A stretch of 63,981 nucleotides of DNA, filler included, from Lenisia limosa (GCA_001655205.1; 9 parts of 9 records of this genome joined end to end with filler, not necessarily neighbours in it); one strand, 5' to 3'. Counted from the first letter of the whole stretch, positions 1 through 16,914 are shown. The notes: a model not told the origin generated them from the sequence alone. Program-made: numbers and translations.

Positions 1-115
1 ATATATATATATATATAGTATCAGTTTTTATGGCTGGAAGTAATCGTGTTTCAGTACAGCTATGTCTTTATATGACATTTCTGCAATAGGCCTATTATTC
101 GTATATAATTTAAGA

Positions 116-3052
116 ATGAAGGAGATCTCCAATGATCAACCACCCAGGACAAAGGGTGGGTCTGGTTTTATGATATAAGATTTGACCTGTCTCAGCTAAC
201 CACTCAGAGGAAACGAGTTGTTTCCCTTCAATCAACTTGAGTATGAATACTGAGGCACGCAAGAATAGAAGAAGCGCTATTGCGGACTTGGCAAAGTGCC
301 CAGGGTTTGATGCCAAGGTTTGTGGTATTTGAACAGAGGAAAATACAAATCACTGTCATATTCTTCCAACATCTTTAGCAAGTTACCACTTTCTGCTTTT
401 CATTATCAAGGGTCTTAGGAAACACACTTCATGATAGACATAAGAAATCATATTTAATCGTAACCGCCATATTTTCATTTTTCATATATTGGTAAAAGGA
501 AGCATCGCTATATCTTCTTAACCCACCTGTTTCCAATGATGTTTGTCTTACCCCCCCACCCAGTATCCCTTCTCTCTGCTACCCATCCCAAAAGTCAGTT
601 TGACACCACCGTCCACGGACTTGAGCCCCGTGTTATCGCCCGAAATTGTTCCCACTTCCCCTTCAGACATCGAACTCGAGACCAGGGTGGGAGAACAACC
701 GAACTCCTTGCCTCTGAAGAAGGAAGCTGTCTCACCAGAGCCTGACGATGGGAAGGAAAAGGATTCAGTTTCGCCTGATGATTCAAAGAAGAAACGCTAC
801 AGAAAGTGGGCTGATATTTTTGTCGAAGATATGATCAAGAGAGGATACTGACGTTATATTATTATTAGAAATATAGTGTGTGACATCAATCTTTCAGAAT
901 GTGTAGATCATCTTATTTAATTTAATAAGGGTATGTATGACCTTCACTCCCATTATCAAATATGAATATATATGTCACCCAGCCCAGGAGAGAAAAGCAT
1001 CCAAATGACCGGCCATCTCCTTCAAAACGAAAGCGTACACCGTCCTATGCTGCCATCTATGAAGACCCGATTAGCGACGACCACGACGATGGTGAGGAGT
1101 ATGTCATGGAGAACGAGAACAGCAAGCGAAGTCAACGACAGATTCTTCGAATGCTGAAAGCTGACAGGTCAAAAATGGAGAGTTTGTGTGATATGAAGAA
1201 GATTGTCAGGAAGGAGAGGAAGACCCTAAAGAACCAAGCAAAGAAGCAAGAGGAGGAAGAAGAGAGAAAATTCGCAGCAGAAAAGAGAATTAGAGAGAAA
1301 GAAGAACGGCAGATGAGAGAAGTTGCCCGAAGAAAGGTGATTGAAGAAACCATCGTGGCAAGGAGGAAGTCAAAGATCCCAAGCCCTGGAAAGTCGCCTC
1401 AAAAGAGCCCTGTAAAAAGACTTGAAAAGAGTCCCGAGCAAGGTCTTGAAGAGTCTCCTGAGCAAGATCTTGAACAATCTCCGGAAAAATCCCCTGAAAA
1501 ATCGCCTGAGAAAGACAACAAGCAACAGGCACATGATGAAGCGGTTGAACCGTCCCACACTGAAGAGGCAAAAAAGAGTCCCGGCCCAAGTAGGGTCATT
1601 CCTAAAAAGACTGTCTTCGCACCAGAGGAGTCAGAAAGGACCAGGAGGAAGGAGGAGGCCCTCATGAAACGGTTGAGGTTGCAGGAGGCGAGGCAGGCGA
1701 AAAGGATGAAGGATAAGCAACTTAGGATCGCGAGGAAAATAAAAAAGGAAGAGGAGAAAAGAAAAAAGGATACTGCCGAAGAGGAAGAGAAGACAAGTGC
1801 TGAGAAGAATAAAGAGGGGAAGAAAGAAGAAGGGATGAATGAAGATAAAAAGGAAGAAAAACTGAGGAAAGAAAAGATTGAAGATAAGGAGGAAGAAGAA
1901 GATAAAAAAGAAGGAGAAATGAAAAAAGAAAAGATTGAAGATAAGGAGGAAGAAGAAGTGAAAAAGGAAGATGAAAAAGAAGAAGAGGAAAAAGAAGATG
2001 AAGAAGCTTCGAGAGAAGTAGGAGATAGAGAAAAGGAGGTGAAAGAGGAGGAGATAAAGGAGGAGGCGTATATGATTGTGAGACAAGAAGAGAAGAAAGG
2101 AGAGAGGAAGGGGGAAAAGAAAAAAAAAGAGGTGAAAAAAGACGTTAAAAAAGAAGAGGTGAAGAAAGAGGAGGCGAAGGGAAGAAGGCCGAAGAAAGAA
2201 CTGAAGAAGATAGAGCTGAAGAAAAAAGAAGAGATAATAGATGAAGATGACGATAGTACAGCGGATGACGAAGAAAATGTTGTGAGTGACCCCTCTCCAA
2301 TTGCATTTTGCACCACTGAATGCATCCCCATGAGTGGTAGGATATTACCAAGCCGTGAAGCCAAAAACAGCGACATGTTTGCGACTGGCGCAGGTGCCAG
2401 CTTTAGTCGCTCGGAGTACACCGCGATTACTCGGTCAAGTGGTGTACCTCAGGAACAAATCCAGGTGTGCTTCCTTCCTCATCCATTTATTCACATTCCC
2501 TTTATTTTTATATTTGTGTTAGTACAAATTTTTTGGAAGGAAACTATTTATTGCGAGTATTGTGGTCGAAGCACGCATGGTACACGCCTTTATCTCAAGA
2601 AACTTCATCATTTTATTGAGAATAAAGATATGCCATAGATAATATCATACTCATAATATTTCCTTTGCTTATGCTTTGGTGAATGGTTCACAAAAAAAAA
2701 ATATTTTTTTTGTTTTTACTTCCAAGGTTCTTCGCGTTATCACCCGGAAAGATCCTCGGCAGGCCCAGGGCCAAGAGGCTCGTTCATGCGTGGCCAACGC
2801 CGCCGGCGATAAGGCCAGTTTCGAGCCTGTCCTTGAGTGGACTAATCCTTTGGCTGTAGAGAGACGATCTTTGATCGATTGTACTATTCTTTTAAGGTCG
2901 GGGGTTTTGCGCTACCAAAAAAGACGGTTTTTTCTCCAAGAATCCTTAACAGCAGTTGTCAAAATATGTTCAATCATTTTCACATGACTAATTTAGTCGC
3001 TTTTTGGGTTTGGAGTTCGGCAAGAAGAAAGTGGTATGATCGTCTGAATTAA
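116..3052 (+). CDS. Hypothetical Lys/Glu-rich protein with KSP/SPEK repeats (multi-exon; 5' end uncertain)
   Basis: Large open exon ~980-2464 (KSPQKSPVK...SPEKSPEKSPEK, then long K/E tract). Phase-compatible GT-AG joins to small exons at ~116-155, ~196-317, ~564-810, ~2728-2829 and ~2897-3052 (…WVWSSARRKWYDRLN*). No family recognised. Confidence 0.6.
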
Positions 3053-3223
3053 TATTTCTCTATGATTAATAATACTACTTGATTATGATTTCCCATTTCC
3101 ACCTCAATATTATAATTAATAATGCTCAGTTTCTTCCCTAAACTTTCATCAAGACATCCGCCCCATCTTAGTCTGTCATTTCCTCATTAGAAATCCCCTC
3201 AAAGTCCTTCACAATTTGCCTCG

Positions 3224-4975
3224 ATGACTCTGGATTCAATTACTTGTTATGGTTGGCAGGGGTTGACAGATTAGCGCTCCTCTTTTTGTTTTTGAACCTT
3301 GTTGCTACTACATTGCTTTTTGATAAAAGTGCGCTCAAAGGCAAGCTCTAACCAGATAACATTATAGTTGAGGTTACGACTGTTGAAAATGGGCTCTCAA
3401 TTCGACCTATTTTCCAGCGTACTTGGTTTTATATCCCGGGAACTGCGTTCCACCTTGCCATTAACCCGCTTGAGCCTGGAGTGGTGAGGGGGGGGGGGGG
3501 NNNNNNNNNNNNNNNNNNNNNNNNNNNNNNNNNNNNNNNNNNNNNNNNNNNNNNNNNNNNNNNNNNNNNNNNNNNNNNNNNNNNATGACAGCTTCAGATG
3601 ATCGGAGTAATCCTCACCAACTGCCACGTCAACACCCTCCAAGCCCAGAATAATGAGCCGAAGTTTGGGTCTTCCATCGTGACTTCTTCGCGGCTTGAGG
3701 CCTCATTGGTTAAAAGCCTTGAATTCTTGTCCACTCGCCTCCCTTTTGGTGAGCATCTAGGCATACATTTGTTCTTGCTAATATTGTTTTTTGGTTTTTT
3801 GCTTGACAGTTTTAGAACATACATAATAATATTTGATATCTTATTAGAACGAAAAACACAAGATAAATGTCGACTTTTTGCCTGCTTGAGACTCATATAC
3901 CTCTTACCCCACAGACTCGTCAGCCTCATCCGACACCGAAACTGAGGATGACAGTGGGAGTGACATTGACGCAGTGTTCCAACCCGACCTATGTATCCCT
4001 GAGGATATTCCCTTATCTGGTTGGTGGGCTTTCGTGTTTTACTAAAGTGTAATGTCACTTCTTTCAGTTAGAAAACGATTAAACTTATTGAGGTTGGGCC
4101 TACTAGCATTCACAACCGAATATTACAATACGTTTCTTTATTCCTTCTGCTTAAGTTTCTGGACAGAGTGTAATAGAAGTGTAATTNNNNNNNNNNNNNN
4201 NNNNNNNNNNNNNNNNNNNNNNNNNNNNNNNNNNNNNNNNNNNNNNNNNNNNNNNNNNNNNNNNNNNNNNNNNNNNNNNNNNNNNNNNNNNNNNNNNNNN
4301 NNNNNNNNNNNNNNNNNNNNNNNNNNNNNNNNNNNNNNNNTGAAGAGATCCCCAGTACCCGTGGGAGGTATTTGCAATTGTGCTCCTTTCTGTTATTTTT
4401 TTTTTATAAAAAAAAACCTTTGGTAAAGTTGTGATTCCTAACATTGTTTTAGAGCCTTCAGTGATAGGAATGGGAGAGGCCAAAAGAGGCGAGATTCCTT
4501 CCGAGACCACTAAAAAGGTGAGAATACTTCAGCCAATCTTAAGATAGCCAGTTAAACTCATACTGCAGGTCACGCTATTCTGCAAGTTCACCTCCGTCAA
4601 ATCCATATGCGTGAGTTCCAGCATCCTCCCCAAGGAAGCTTTGGAGGACCCCGGATCTCCAGAGGGTCTTGTTAGCCTTTTGAAAGGTCTGTTGGACCGC
4701 CCCCCCCCCCAACTGTTATTTATGACATACACCTCATTTATCGCCGTCATACTGAGTCCAGTAGATAATTATTATAATGTAAACAAAGAGACTATAAGAA
4801 TTCCACAAGAGGTAGAATTATTATTATCACCAAACCACCAAATGACACCAATGATGATATATAATATCATACCATGTATAAAGCTCGATCGTAAACATAA
4901 TTATGCTTTCCTCTTCATTTGTCAGGTTCTACTGGCATACCTGCCAGCTTGAAGAGGTACAAATCCATTTCTTAG
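3224..4975 (+). CDS. Hypothetical protein (multi-exon, two internal N gaps)
   Basis: Phase-consistent exons MTLDSITCY|VEVTTVENGLSIRPIFQRTWFYIPGTAFHLAINPLEPGV|…MIGVILTNCHVNTLQ…RLPF|DSSASSDTETEDDSGSDID…|…VVIPNIVLEPS…|VTLFCKFTSVKSICV…|GSTGIPASLKRYKSIS*. Confidence 0.55.
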
Positions 4976-5237
4976 GTCAATGTTTATTTTTAAGTGCATT
5001 TCATTGTAAAATTAGTTGGTTTATTATTTTATTCTATTTATGTATGTTTCAATTTTTATTAAGCTTTCACTAAAACTTAAACACTCTTTCCTCTATTTAG
5101 TGATATAAGAATCCCGAAATACTGACAAAAGAGATCGCTGAGAAAACTTCCGTAATTGAAAGTGGCTGTCAATGGCACATATATTACAAGGGGGGGTGCC
5201 TTCAAGTGACAATCACCACACTACGAAGACAGAACGT

Positions 5238-5906
5238 CTACTGAGAGAACTCAGGCTTGGCCTCACCCTCGGGGAGGGGAGCAGACTTCTTCTCGGCACG
5301 ACGGTACTCGTCGGCGGGGCGGTCACCCTGAGGACGGCGAGCGGGACGACGGTTGGGGACGGGAGCGGTGCGCTCGGTCTTCATGTGAGTCATGGGAACG
5401 ACATCGGCGGGGAGGTGGAGGTACTCACGGAGGTACTCGACACCCTCGTCCTAATAAAGAGTTAGAGATCAGAAGTGTAATGCAGAAAAATAGCAAATGC
5501 CAAAAAATAAAATAAGCTTGAGGAAACGTCACCATCAGCTTACGGTGAGGAACCAGTAGTAATGGCGCCAGGCGAACTGCTCCTTGCAGTAGCCACGAGA
5601 AGTGAGAGAGGTAAGGACCTTGATGACCTGAAAATGGTAAATACCGTAGATATGAAGACATGAAAAGAATAAAAGAAGTTATCAGCACTTCTTAGAGGGT
5701 TGATACGTCATAGAATGTCCGTAGTCAATTTTATCATCATCTAACTTGAAAATGGGGAAAGCGTGTGTCTTTAAACATACCTGGAGGTTGGTCACATCAC
5801 GGATCTCGGGGTGCTTGGGGAGCTGGAAGTCCTTCTTGGCGACACATACGCCCTCCTTGAAGACGTACTTGAGGATAGTCTTCTTGTTCTGCTTGGGAAT
5901 GTGCAT
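5238..5906 (-). CDS. RPS10: 40S ribosomal protein S10 (eS10), 3 exons
   Basis: Spliced translation [42 protein letters not shown]|[28 protein letters not shown]|[19 protein letters not shown]…; canonical eS10 motifs ([24 protein letters not shown]); GT-AG introns. Confidence 0.97.
5677..5746 (-). ncRNA. Intronic box C/D snoRNA in RPS10 intron 1, predicted 18S rRNA guide
   Basis: Minus strand reads AGTTA-G-ATGATGA (box C)…AACCCTCTAAGAAGTG-CTGA (box D)-TAACT. It has a 5-bp terminal stem and is ~70 nt long. The guide is complementary to the conserved 18S segment CACUUCUUAGAGGG (recalled, not database-checked). Confidence 0.85.
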
Positions 5907-6129
5907 GATGGAAAAAGGAACCAAAATTCAAAAAAATAGAGAATAAAGCAAAATAGGTATACTCAGTTCAGTTCAATATTGTGATATTACGATATTAGGT
6001 TTTCTATTTCAATATTTATTTCCTGTTCTATAGTTCTTTTCGTCTCTGAGTTTTTTCGCAACTACGCCCCTATTATTAGTAGAGACAAATCCATTGAGCA
6101 CACTCACTTTTCCCTAACGTTCTTTTGCA

Positions 6130-8764
6130 ATGAAGCTTCTTTTCTTTCTAACAGTGCTTGCCGCGCTCTTTGCCTCAATTGTGGCAAGAAATGAACAACC
6201 TATTATCGGAATCTTCACCGAACACCTCAACTCCGATGACTTTTCTCCTTACACTGAGTATATCGCAGCCTCATAGTAAGATCACCTTATTTCTGTTTAA
6301 AAATAACATTTTCAGCGTTCGTTGGGTTGAACAAGCCGGTGGACGTGTGGTACCAATCCCGTAAGCCTTGGGTGGTGCTTTCCGTCCTTATTATTGACCT
6401 ATTGTGTTGAAATAATTTTGGTAATGAAGGCTTATACGCATGTTGTAATCTTCGGACTAAATCTCCTTCACAAGAATGTCATTTCTATTTGAGTTTTCTC
6501 CTCTCATTGGCATTGTAATTGATGATAATATTGAGAAATGTAAAGCTCCGAAAGCAGCATTTACCTTTTAGTCTCCACTCCACTGAGGAAGAGCTTGACA
6601 GATTTTTTGAGAGTGTAAACGGCCTTCTTTTCCCTGGTGGAGGAGAAGACCTCAAGTTTAACAGTACTCGCAGGTGAGTCTTGTTGCTATCCGCTCTGAT
6701 AATTGTGCATCACCTTTTGGATCTGTCATGCGTAATGATATCTCATCCTTCGACCGCCATGCCTTTGCCTCTGTCCTTCTCTCGGCTTCCCACCATTTTA
6801 AGAGAATGAAAAAGTCAAATGTTGCAGTTCTTCTATTCTTACACTCTGTTTTGAATCAACACTGTTCGGCTGGCTGATCCCTCCAGACTTCGCAATGCCT
6901 TTACTGAATCTGAGCGCTATGTCTTCCACAAGGCTATGAAGGTGGGGGGGGGGGGNNNNNNNNNNNNNNNNNNNNNNNNNNNNNNNNNNNNNNNNNNNNN
7001 NNNNNNNNNNNNNNNNNNNNNNNNNNNNNNNNNNNNNNNNNNNNNNNNNNNNNNNNNNNNTCCGGGGTTTCTACTTTGTCGGAACTGTTCCTTTCTGGGT
7101 CCGCTGAGCTTCACATTCCGAGCATTTCAAGATATGTTAATGTCCTGTTGTTATATTAAGTGCAACATTGAATTGCTTACTCTAGCATTCGTTTTGATAC
7201 TGCCCTTTTTCTAACAACTGTAATATTGACAATATGTTGATGAATCCTTTTCTTGTCTTCTCATTTTATCCCCATTGCAGATCAACGAAATGGGCACTGT
7301 TTTCCCAATCTGGGGTACCTGTCTTGGCTTTGAGTCAATGATGATGCTTGCCTCCAACGATGATAGAGTTGGGGGGGGGGGTGATTGCCTGTAACTCTCA
7401 ATGATATTCTATTTCCTTTGCTAAACTCACGTTTTAGATTCTTGATCTTTCCGGCCCCTTCAATGCGTGGAACCTTCGTTACCCTCTCCACTTCCAAGTA
7501 CGAATTACCATCAAGTGTAGTTTTTGAATTCGATCATTCCCATTTTTGCATAAATAATGATGGGAACTGGCTGGACATGACTTTCATTTTCCACTATTCT
7601 TGAGTTGGTTTCTGCTAGATATCCCCCTCACCCTTTTATCATAATATGTGATTAGACTTATGATTTTTGTTCATTGGAATTTGCTTTCAACCTTCCAGAT
7701 TGATCCCCAAATGACCAAGATGTTCTCCAATGCCTCTTCTCAAATGATTTCTGTAGGGAGGCGGGGGGGGGGGGNNNNNNNNNNNNNNNNNNNNNNNNNN
7801 NNNNNNNNNNNNNNNNNNNNNNNNNNNNNNNNNNNNNNNNNNNNNNNNNNNNNNNTGCTGCAGTTTGAACTTTTTAGTTTCAGGTGTACTAATCTACCTT
7901 CTTCCGTTTTAATGATGCAGAACCTCGAGAACAAGCGCCTTACCAGCAACTACCATCATTACGGTGTCGCACCCTCCGTGTGGAACTGTTTGCGGGTCTT
8001 GTTATTGTTCTCTACTTTTCTCTTTTTTTGTTTGTCTTCGATGTCTTTTTTTTCCCCCACCATCTTTACTNNNNNNNNNNNNNNNNNNNNNNNNNNNNNN
8101 NNNNNNNNNNNNNNNNNNNNNNCTTTTCAGGCATATTTGTTTTATTTACCCACCGTCACCATGTAGCCTATCCTGCTGCCTCCCAATGGAACGTCATTTC
8201 CACCAACAAAGACGAGGACGGCAAGGACTTCATTTCTTCTGTCGAGAGTGGGGGAGGGGGGTCAGAGTTGCATTGTTATTTTCTACTGATAGCACGTTCA
8301 ATCCACATAACTTCGATTCTTTTGGCTGCTCTCTCATAACTCCACAGACAAGCTCCATCCCTTCTTTGCCACGCAATGGCACCCCGAAAAGCCCCAGTTT
8401 GAGTTTGCGGTCCATCACGACATCATCCACACCCAGGACGCTGTCCAAGTCGGCCAGTTCCTCGCCAACCGCTTCGTCGGATACGTGGGAGGGGTGGACA
8501 CATGGTGTAATGTGGGCTCTTCTTGTTTTGTTTTTAATATGATTTGCGTATGTCTTCATTTTATGTTCTACAGGCTCGCCAAAATGACCACAAGTTCCCC
8601 TCCAAGGATATGGAAAAGGCTGCTTTAATCTACAACTTCCCCGTCTTGCCTTCAGAGGTGGGTGAGTCCTGCTCTTTGAACTTTAATTGGCTGAATCGCC
8701 ACTTTGTCACATATGCCTGATTTCCTAGGACAAGTTCGGCTTCATGGAGATTTACGTGTTCTAA
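6130..8764 (+). CDS. GGH: Gamma-glutamyl hydrolase (peptidase C26), signal peptide, ~12 exons
   Basis: MKLLFFLTVLAALFASIVARNEQPIIGIFTE…YIAASY|VRWVEQAGGRVVPIP…NGLLFPGGG…FPIWGTCLGFE (catalytic Cys)…FFATQWHPEKPQFEF (catalytic His)…MEIYVF*. Confidence 0.95.
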
Positions 8765-9188
8765 CTGTTTCTTATGTGTCTATGGTGTGGCTCTATGGTC
8801 CTTTTTCGTTCAAACAATTTAGCTTGCTTTGAATCTGCATCCATCTCCACGTGATAGTCGAATGGTGGTGATACCCTTGTTTGAGCTTATGTGGAAGACT
8901 CACAGGGGGGGGGGACCCTATAATTTACCGTTGGCAACTTGGTAACAGTCATTGGCAACGGGTGGAAGGGTGGAATTGGCAGTGAAACATGGAGGGGGGG
9001 GGGGGGNNNNNNNNNNNNNNNNNNNNNNNNNNNNNNNNNNNNNNNNNNNNNNNNNNNNNNNNNNNNNNNNNNNNNNNNNNNNNNGTTTTATCGTCATTTC
9101 TAAGACATTTATGACCTTTTCTCTGCTCTCTAACTTTGTAGTTTCGTTTATTATCATAAAATATCAGGTTAATAGCTTCTAAACGATC

Positions 9189-12962
<3,774 letters not shown>

Positions 12963-13062
12963 NNNNNNNNNNNNNNNNNNNNNNNNNNNNNNNNNNNNNN
13001 NNNNNNTTAATTAATTAANNNNNNNNNNNNNNNNNNNNNNNNNNNNNNNNNNNNNNNNNNNN
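12963..13062. other. Artificial contig linker (44N-TTAATTAATTAA-44N); identical linkers at 14326-14425, 22027-22126, 23762-23861, 50716-50815, 53866-53965, 60202-60301, 62871-62970
   Basis: Exactly 100 bp each, with an identical palindromic core giving stops in all six frames. Confidence 0.97.
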
Positions 13063-13556
13063 CAGCACCGCATCCCATCACTCCAGCTTACGGGGTAAAA
13101 TGCCGTACTACCTGATTTTACTGTACAACATATTTTTTTTACCCCCTTTGTAACTTGTAAAATATTCTTTTACTGTTCAAAACAAAACAAAACAAAAAAA
13201 CAAAGCCAACCGGATAAGGAAAGTGGTTCAGAAGAGGCGACAGAGGCTGTCGGGGACGGTGACGGTGACGGGGACGGGGNNNNNNNNNNNNNNNNNNNNN
13301 NNNNNNNNNNNNNNNNNNNNNNNNNNNNNNNNNNNNNNNNNNNNNNNNNNNNNNNNNNNNNNNNNNNNNNNNNNNNNNNNNNNNNNNNNNNNNNNNNNNN
13401 NNNNNNNNNNNNNNNNNNNNNNNNNNGGTTGTATCTGGCTCTAAGCCGTCACACCATCACGCATATACGAGATATTGGATTAGAGTATTTTATAAACTGA
13501 ATGAAAAACCCCCATGTACCACGCTAAAATTAACCCACATATAATTACCCTATCAA

Positions 13557-13625
13557 AGGCTTCACTTCGTTTGAAAAAAAAACTGAATATCGATAAATCA
13601 TCGAAAACTGTCGATATTTACCGAT
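13557..13625. mobile_element. MITE subfamily A fragment (left arm + core); similar fragments at ~14248-14293, ~57700-57775, ~58862-58908
   Basis: AGGCTTCACTTCGTTTGAAAAAAAACTGAATATCGATAAATC; 14248-14293 carries GATTTATCGAGAAATT…TTTTTCGAACCGAAGTGAAG. Confidence 0.6.
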
Positions 13626-14425
13626 CTTTCCCCCCACATTATACATATCACTCACAATTACCCCACCTGGTGCTGCTACCAGTCGCGGACGGGTTCGGAA
13701 GAGTCCCTCGGAAGTGCTGAGTTGGAGGTAGAGCCGACTCTTATGCGCTGAACGGTGAACGTTGAACTATCACTATTTATGTTGGATTTATCGAGGATTT
13801 ATTGCGGATTTCATTCGTGATTAGAGGGCTTGGAATGTGAGCTTTGCAGCAGTCTGAAAAAGACGGGAAATTCCCGATATTTAACACGAGGGTTTAACCT
13901 TGTATTACTGAAACTTGCGTCAATCAATATCACACGAGTGGATATGAATCGTGAAGATTTTACAACATAATCTCCCTCCCACCTTTCTCCAATATGAGGC
14001 TTGACTTCCACGCGTCTTCAGGCTTGAGAGGGTCCTGAAAAGTAATTAATAATAATCGGTCCTGTTGTTGGACTAGGGAAGTCATTGTCTTTGTCTTAGT
14101 GAGAGTTTGCCAGTTTCTACAACGTTCAAGATAAGATATTTAGCCTTTTCTTGAGTCAACTGTGTCAGGACTTATTGCGGTCACTGTATATAGAGTACAT
14201 ATCCTCCACGCTCCATATATATCTCTATTAACATTTCGATAGTGCGCGAGGATTTATCGAGAAATTCGGTAATTTTTCGAACCGAAGTGAAGACATAATA
14301 TATATTTGCACCCCCCCCCCCTCTTNNNNNNNNNNNNNNNNNNNNNNNNNNNNNNNNNNNNNNNNNNNNTTAATTAATTAANNNNNNNNNNNNNNNNNNN
14401 NNNNNNNNNNNNNNNNNNNNNNNNN

Positions 14426-16602
14426 AGGAAGAAACCGCACAAACAGGGGTTACAGGTGATGTGGGGAGGTTCATTGTACCTGATTGCTGACCAGGAATAA
14501 ACTGGAAGGTGTAAGTAAAAAATGTATTGCGGGTGGTAACACTGATTTAAGGTGGTGGTTCCATCGGGATTTTCGCACCTACCCGCCATTTAGTATCCCC
14601 ATGCCCACCGATTTGATCATGGACTTGGACACTTCGGATTCGTTGGCTCTTTGCTCACTGGCTGCCCGGGACTCTTCCAGCATCGGCGTGATGTGCTGCT
14701 GCGTGAACAGATTGAATCAATAAATACCGATTGCCCCTTCTTTTATCGGAATGAAATGAAGCCCCATATCGATTTCCCCATCTATTATCGAAATAAAGTG
14801 AAGCCCTATTCACTATATGATATAGGCCGAAGCGTCATCATGACTCTGAAGCATATTGGTGCTTTAATAGTCATGTGAAATGATTAAAGATTACAATAAA
14901 GATGCTGTTAGTTTTATGTTTTGAAAATATCATATCATTCCACATCAAATGTATAGTTGCTACATATTCCCTGCCATTCCAACGTGAATATACTTCTCAA
15001 GGTCTTCAAACTGGTCATAAGCTTGATGGTGGAACACTTTCAGACCAAGCTGGTTGGGGGGGGGGGGTAAGCTTGTGAATTGTAGATTGAAGAGGTATGG
15101 GTACTATTATCACATGATCAACAACATTTCATATGATATATAGCTATATGATATGTTTCATAAAAAAGATGTCCCACGTACCACACATGCCGCGAGTCTC
15201 TCAACCATATGGAAGCCATGGATGGCTGTTTTGGCATTAACGATGGTCGTAACAGCGTGCCGGGTTTCCTCACTCTCAACCCACGTTCGTCGAATCTACC
15301 AGGTCAATAGAATCGTTGTTTTGGAGGATACTATCTTTTGACCAACTAGTCAAGTAAATAAAAATATATACACGCTGTTTATAAGTTCATGATTGCACGC
15401 AATGATGTAGACACCCAGAATACCCCTGAATGTCCCCGCTAACATCGCTTTCATACTCATCCATTTTAGCTTTCTCTGTCTTAGATTTGGAGGCTGATAG
15501 ATACCGCATGATCGCAGACTGTATTAGTTAAATGATAAGAAAGGTCAACCGGAGTAAGTGGAAAATTAAGAAGTTTTTCCCTTTGAAATGCAACTCTTAT
15601 TAATCAAACAATATCAACTAAAGGTAGTCAATACTTCTACAGACCATGGTGGGCATATAACATGTATATATATTGCACTGATTTCCAACCTCATGTGAAT
15701 GTAGCGCCTTTTGGTGCAGTTTGGTTGCATCTCGCCTAGACTGAACCATCAATAACAAAAACATTAATCTTGGGCTCTTCATAAATAATAAGGTGAAGGT
15801 ACATCGTAGAGGGGTGAACTAAAACGCACCAACTTCCTTTTCGACCTCCTTCCCTTATAATAACTATCCCACCCACCGTCCGATGCTGAGTGAGATATTC
15901 TTTCAATTGTGTGATGATTGTCGTCTCAAATTGCTGGCTCTAGGGGCGATTAGAAACCATTCAAAAAAAGAAGAAACGGTATTTTTTTGGCTTTGTAATA
16001 GCCCAGGTTTGAGTAAAAATGCGGTTACATTTGGTAATATATAGTAGATATATGGATGATATAATATACTATACTCTAAGAACTTGAAGCAGTATTGAAA
16101 ACCTAGTTCACAATGTGCTTAGGTAAAGAGACACCCACCCTCCCACAAGTAGATTCTCAACTTCCGCCATTTCTTCCATTGATGCCGCATAGCGAATCAG
16201 AATATTTTCTGAGATATTTTCGGTTAATGTCAGGAGATTCAATCAAGGTTGACCTCGAAATTCGGCAATAATAATATATAATGAGCCTCACTAGCAAACT
16301 CACCAAGTTCAGCATTGCCGATTTTGGTTTGGAGGGAGGCAAGAAGGTGCATGTTCTGTGCAACAGAGGCAGCTGCGTTGGAACTGCCACTGGCATGAGT
16401 CTTCCACTGCACAAACGCATCCAGCGTTCTCATTAATCCAAATTCAAACTGATCATCAAGCTAGAAGGGTAAGAAGACGCCTTGTAACGAAAAAACAATA
16501 ACAACCAACCTTCTCTTTGATCGCTAATGCCTCGTAGAAATAAGGCGTCCCATCGTTTGGTTCAAATTCCAAGGGGTGTTGCAGTATTTCGCTCTCGATC
16601 AT
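14426..16602 (-). CDS. BAR-domain protein (ACAP/APPL/oligophrenin-like N-terminal BAR), 3' end truncated by linker
   Basis: Phase-consistent exons MIESEILQHPLEFEPNDGTPYFYEALAIKEK|LDDQFEFGLMRTLDAFVQWK…|ENILIRYAASMEEMAEVENLL…QQFETTIITQLKEYL…SAIMRYLSASK…VERLAAC|LGLKVFHHQAYDQFEDLEKY. All-helical, and the pattern resembles BAR_3-type domains. Confidence 0.65.
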
Positions 16603-16914
16603 ATTCACAGAAATGAGGTTAGTCCGTAACAACCGACATATATGACCACTGGGATTGAGTGATCCAATCGTAATCCTTTTATGTTTTTATATTTAATCAA
16701 CCAGTCAATTAGCCACTTGTGATGTTTATTTATTTTGGTGAAACAACCTTAAGTATTGCTATATTTTAAACGGGCACAAAACAGCATAACTCCCGATTTC
16801 ACTTTTCCACAAACCTTTTATGAAGCACTCTTGCCCTTTGATTTTAATTTAAGAAAATATATTAGAAATTTACACACGAAAAACTCGAGAAAGGGCGAAT
16901 CGATCGACAGAAAG

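Noticed and set aside
1399-2421. 340-aa Phe/Ser-rich minus-strand ORF (and 1631-2086)
   Set aside because: Antisense shadow of the purine-rich K/E exon on the plus strand.
3993-4000. GTATCCCT donor resembling a U12 5' splice site
   Set aside because: One mismatch to GTATCCTT, and the branch/acceptor region falls in an N gap, so it cannot be supported.
5452-5544. Second C/D snoRNA in RPS10 intron 2 (TGATGG…CTGA)
   Set aside because: Imperfect box C too close to the donor, no terminal stem and no recognisable rRNA complement.
13007-13018. Recurring palindrome TTAATTAATTAA (8 copies) as a regulatory or recombination site
   Set aside because: Always centred in exactly 44N+44N; it is an artificial six-frame-stop linker. 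Adjacency across these linkers is not reliable evidence.
13220-14200. Minus-strand exon-like pieces (SPSPSPSPTAS; TLSSLKTRGSQASYWRK, PH-like) as continuation of the BAR gene
   Set aside because: Frames could not be joined consistently and the segment is bounded by linkers; left unannotated.
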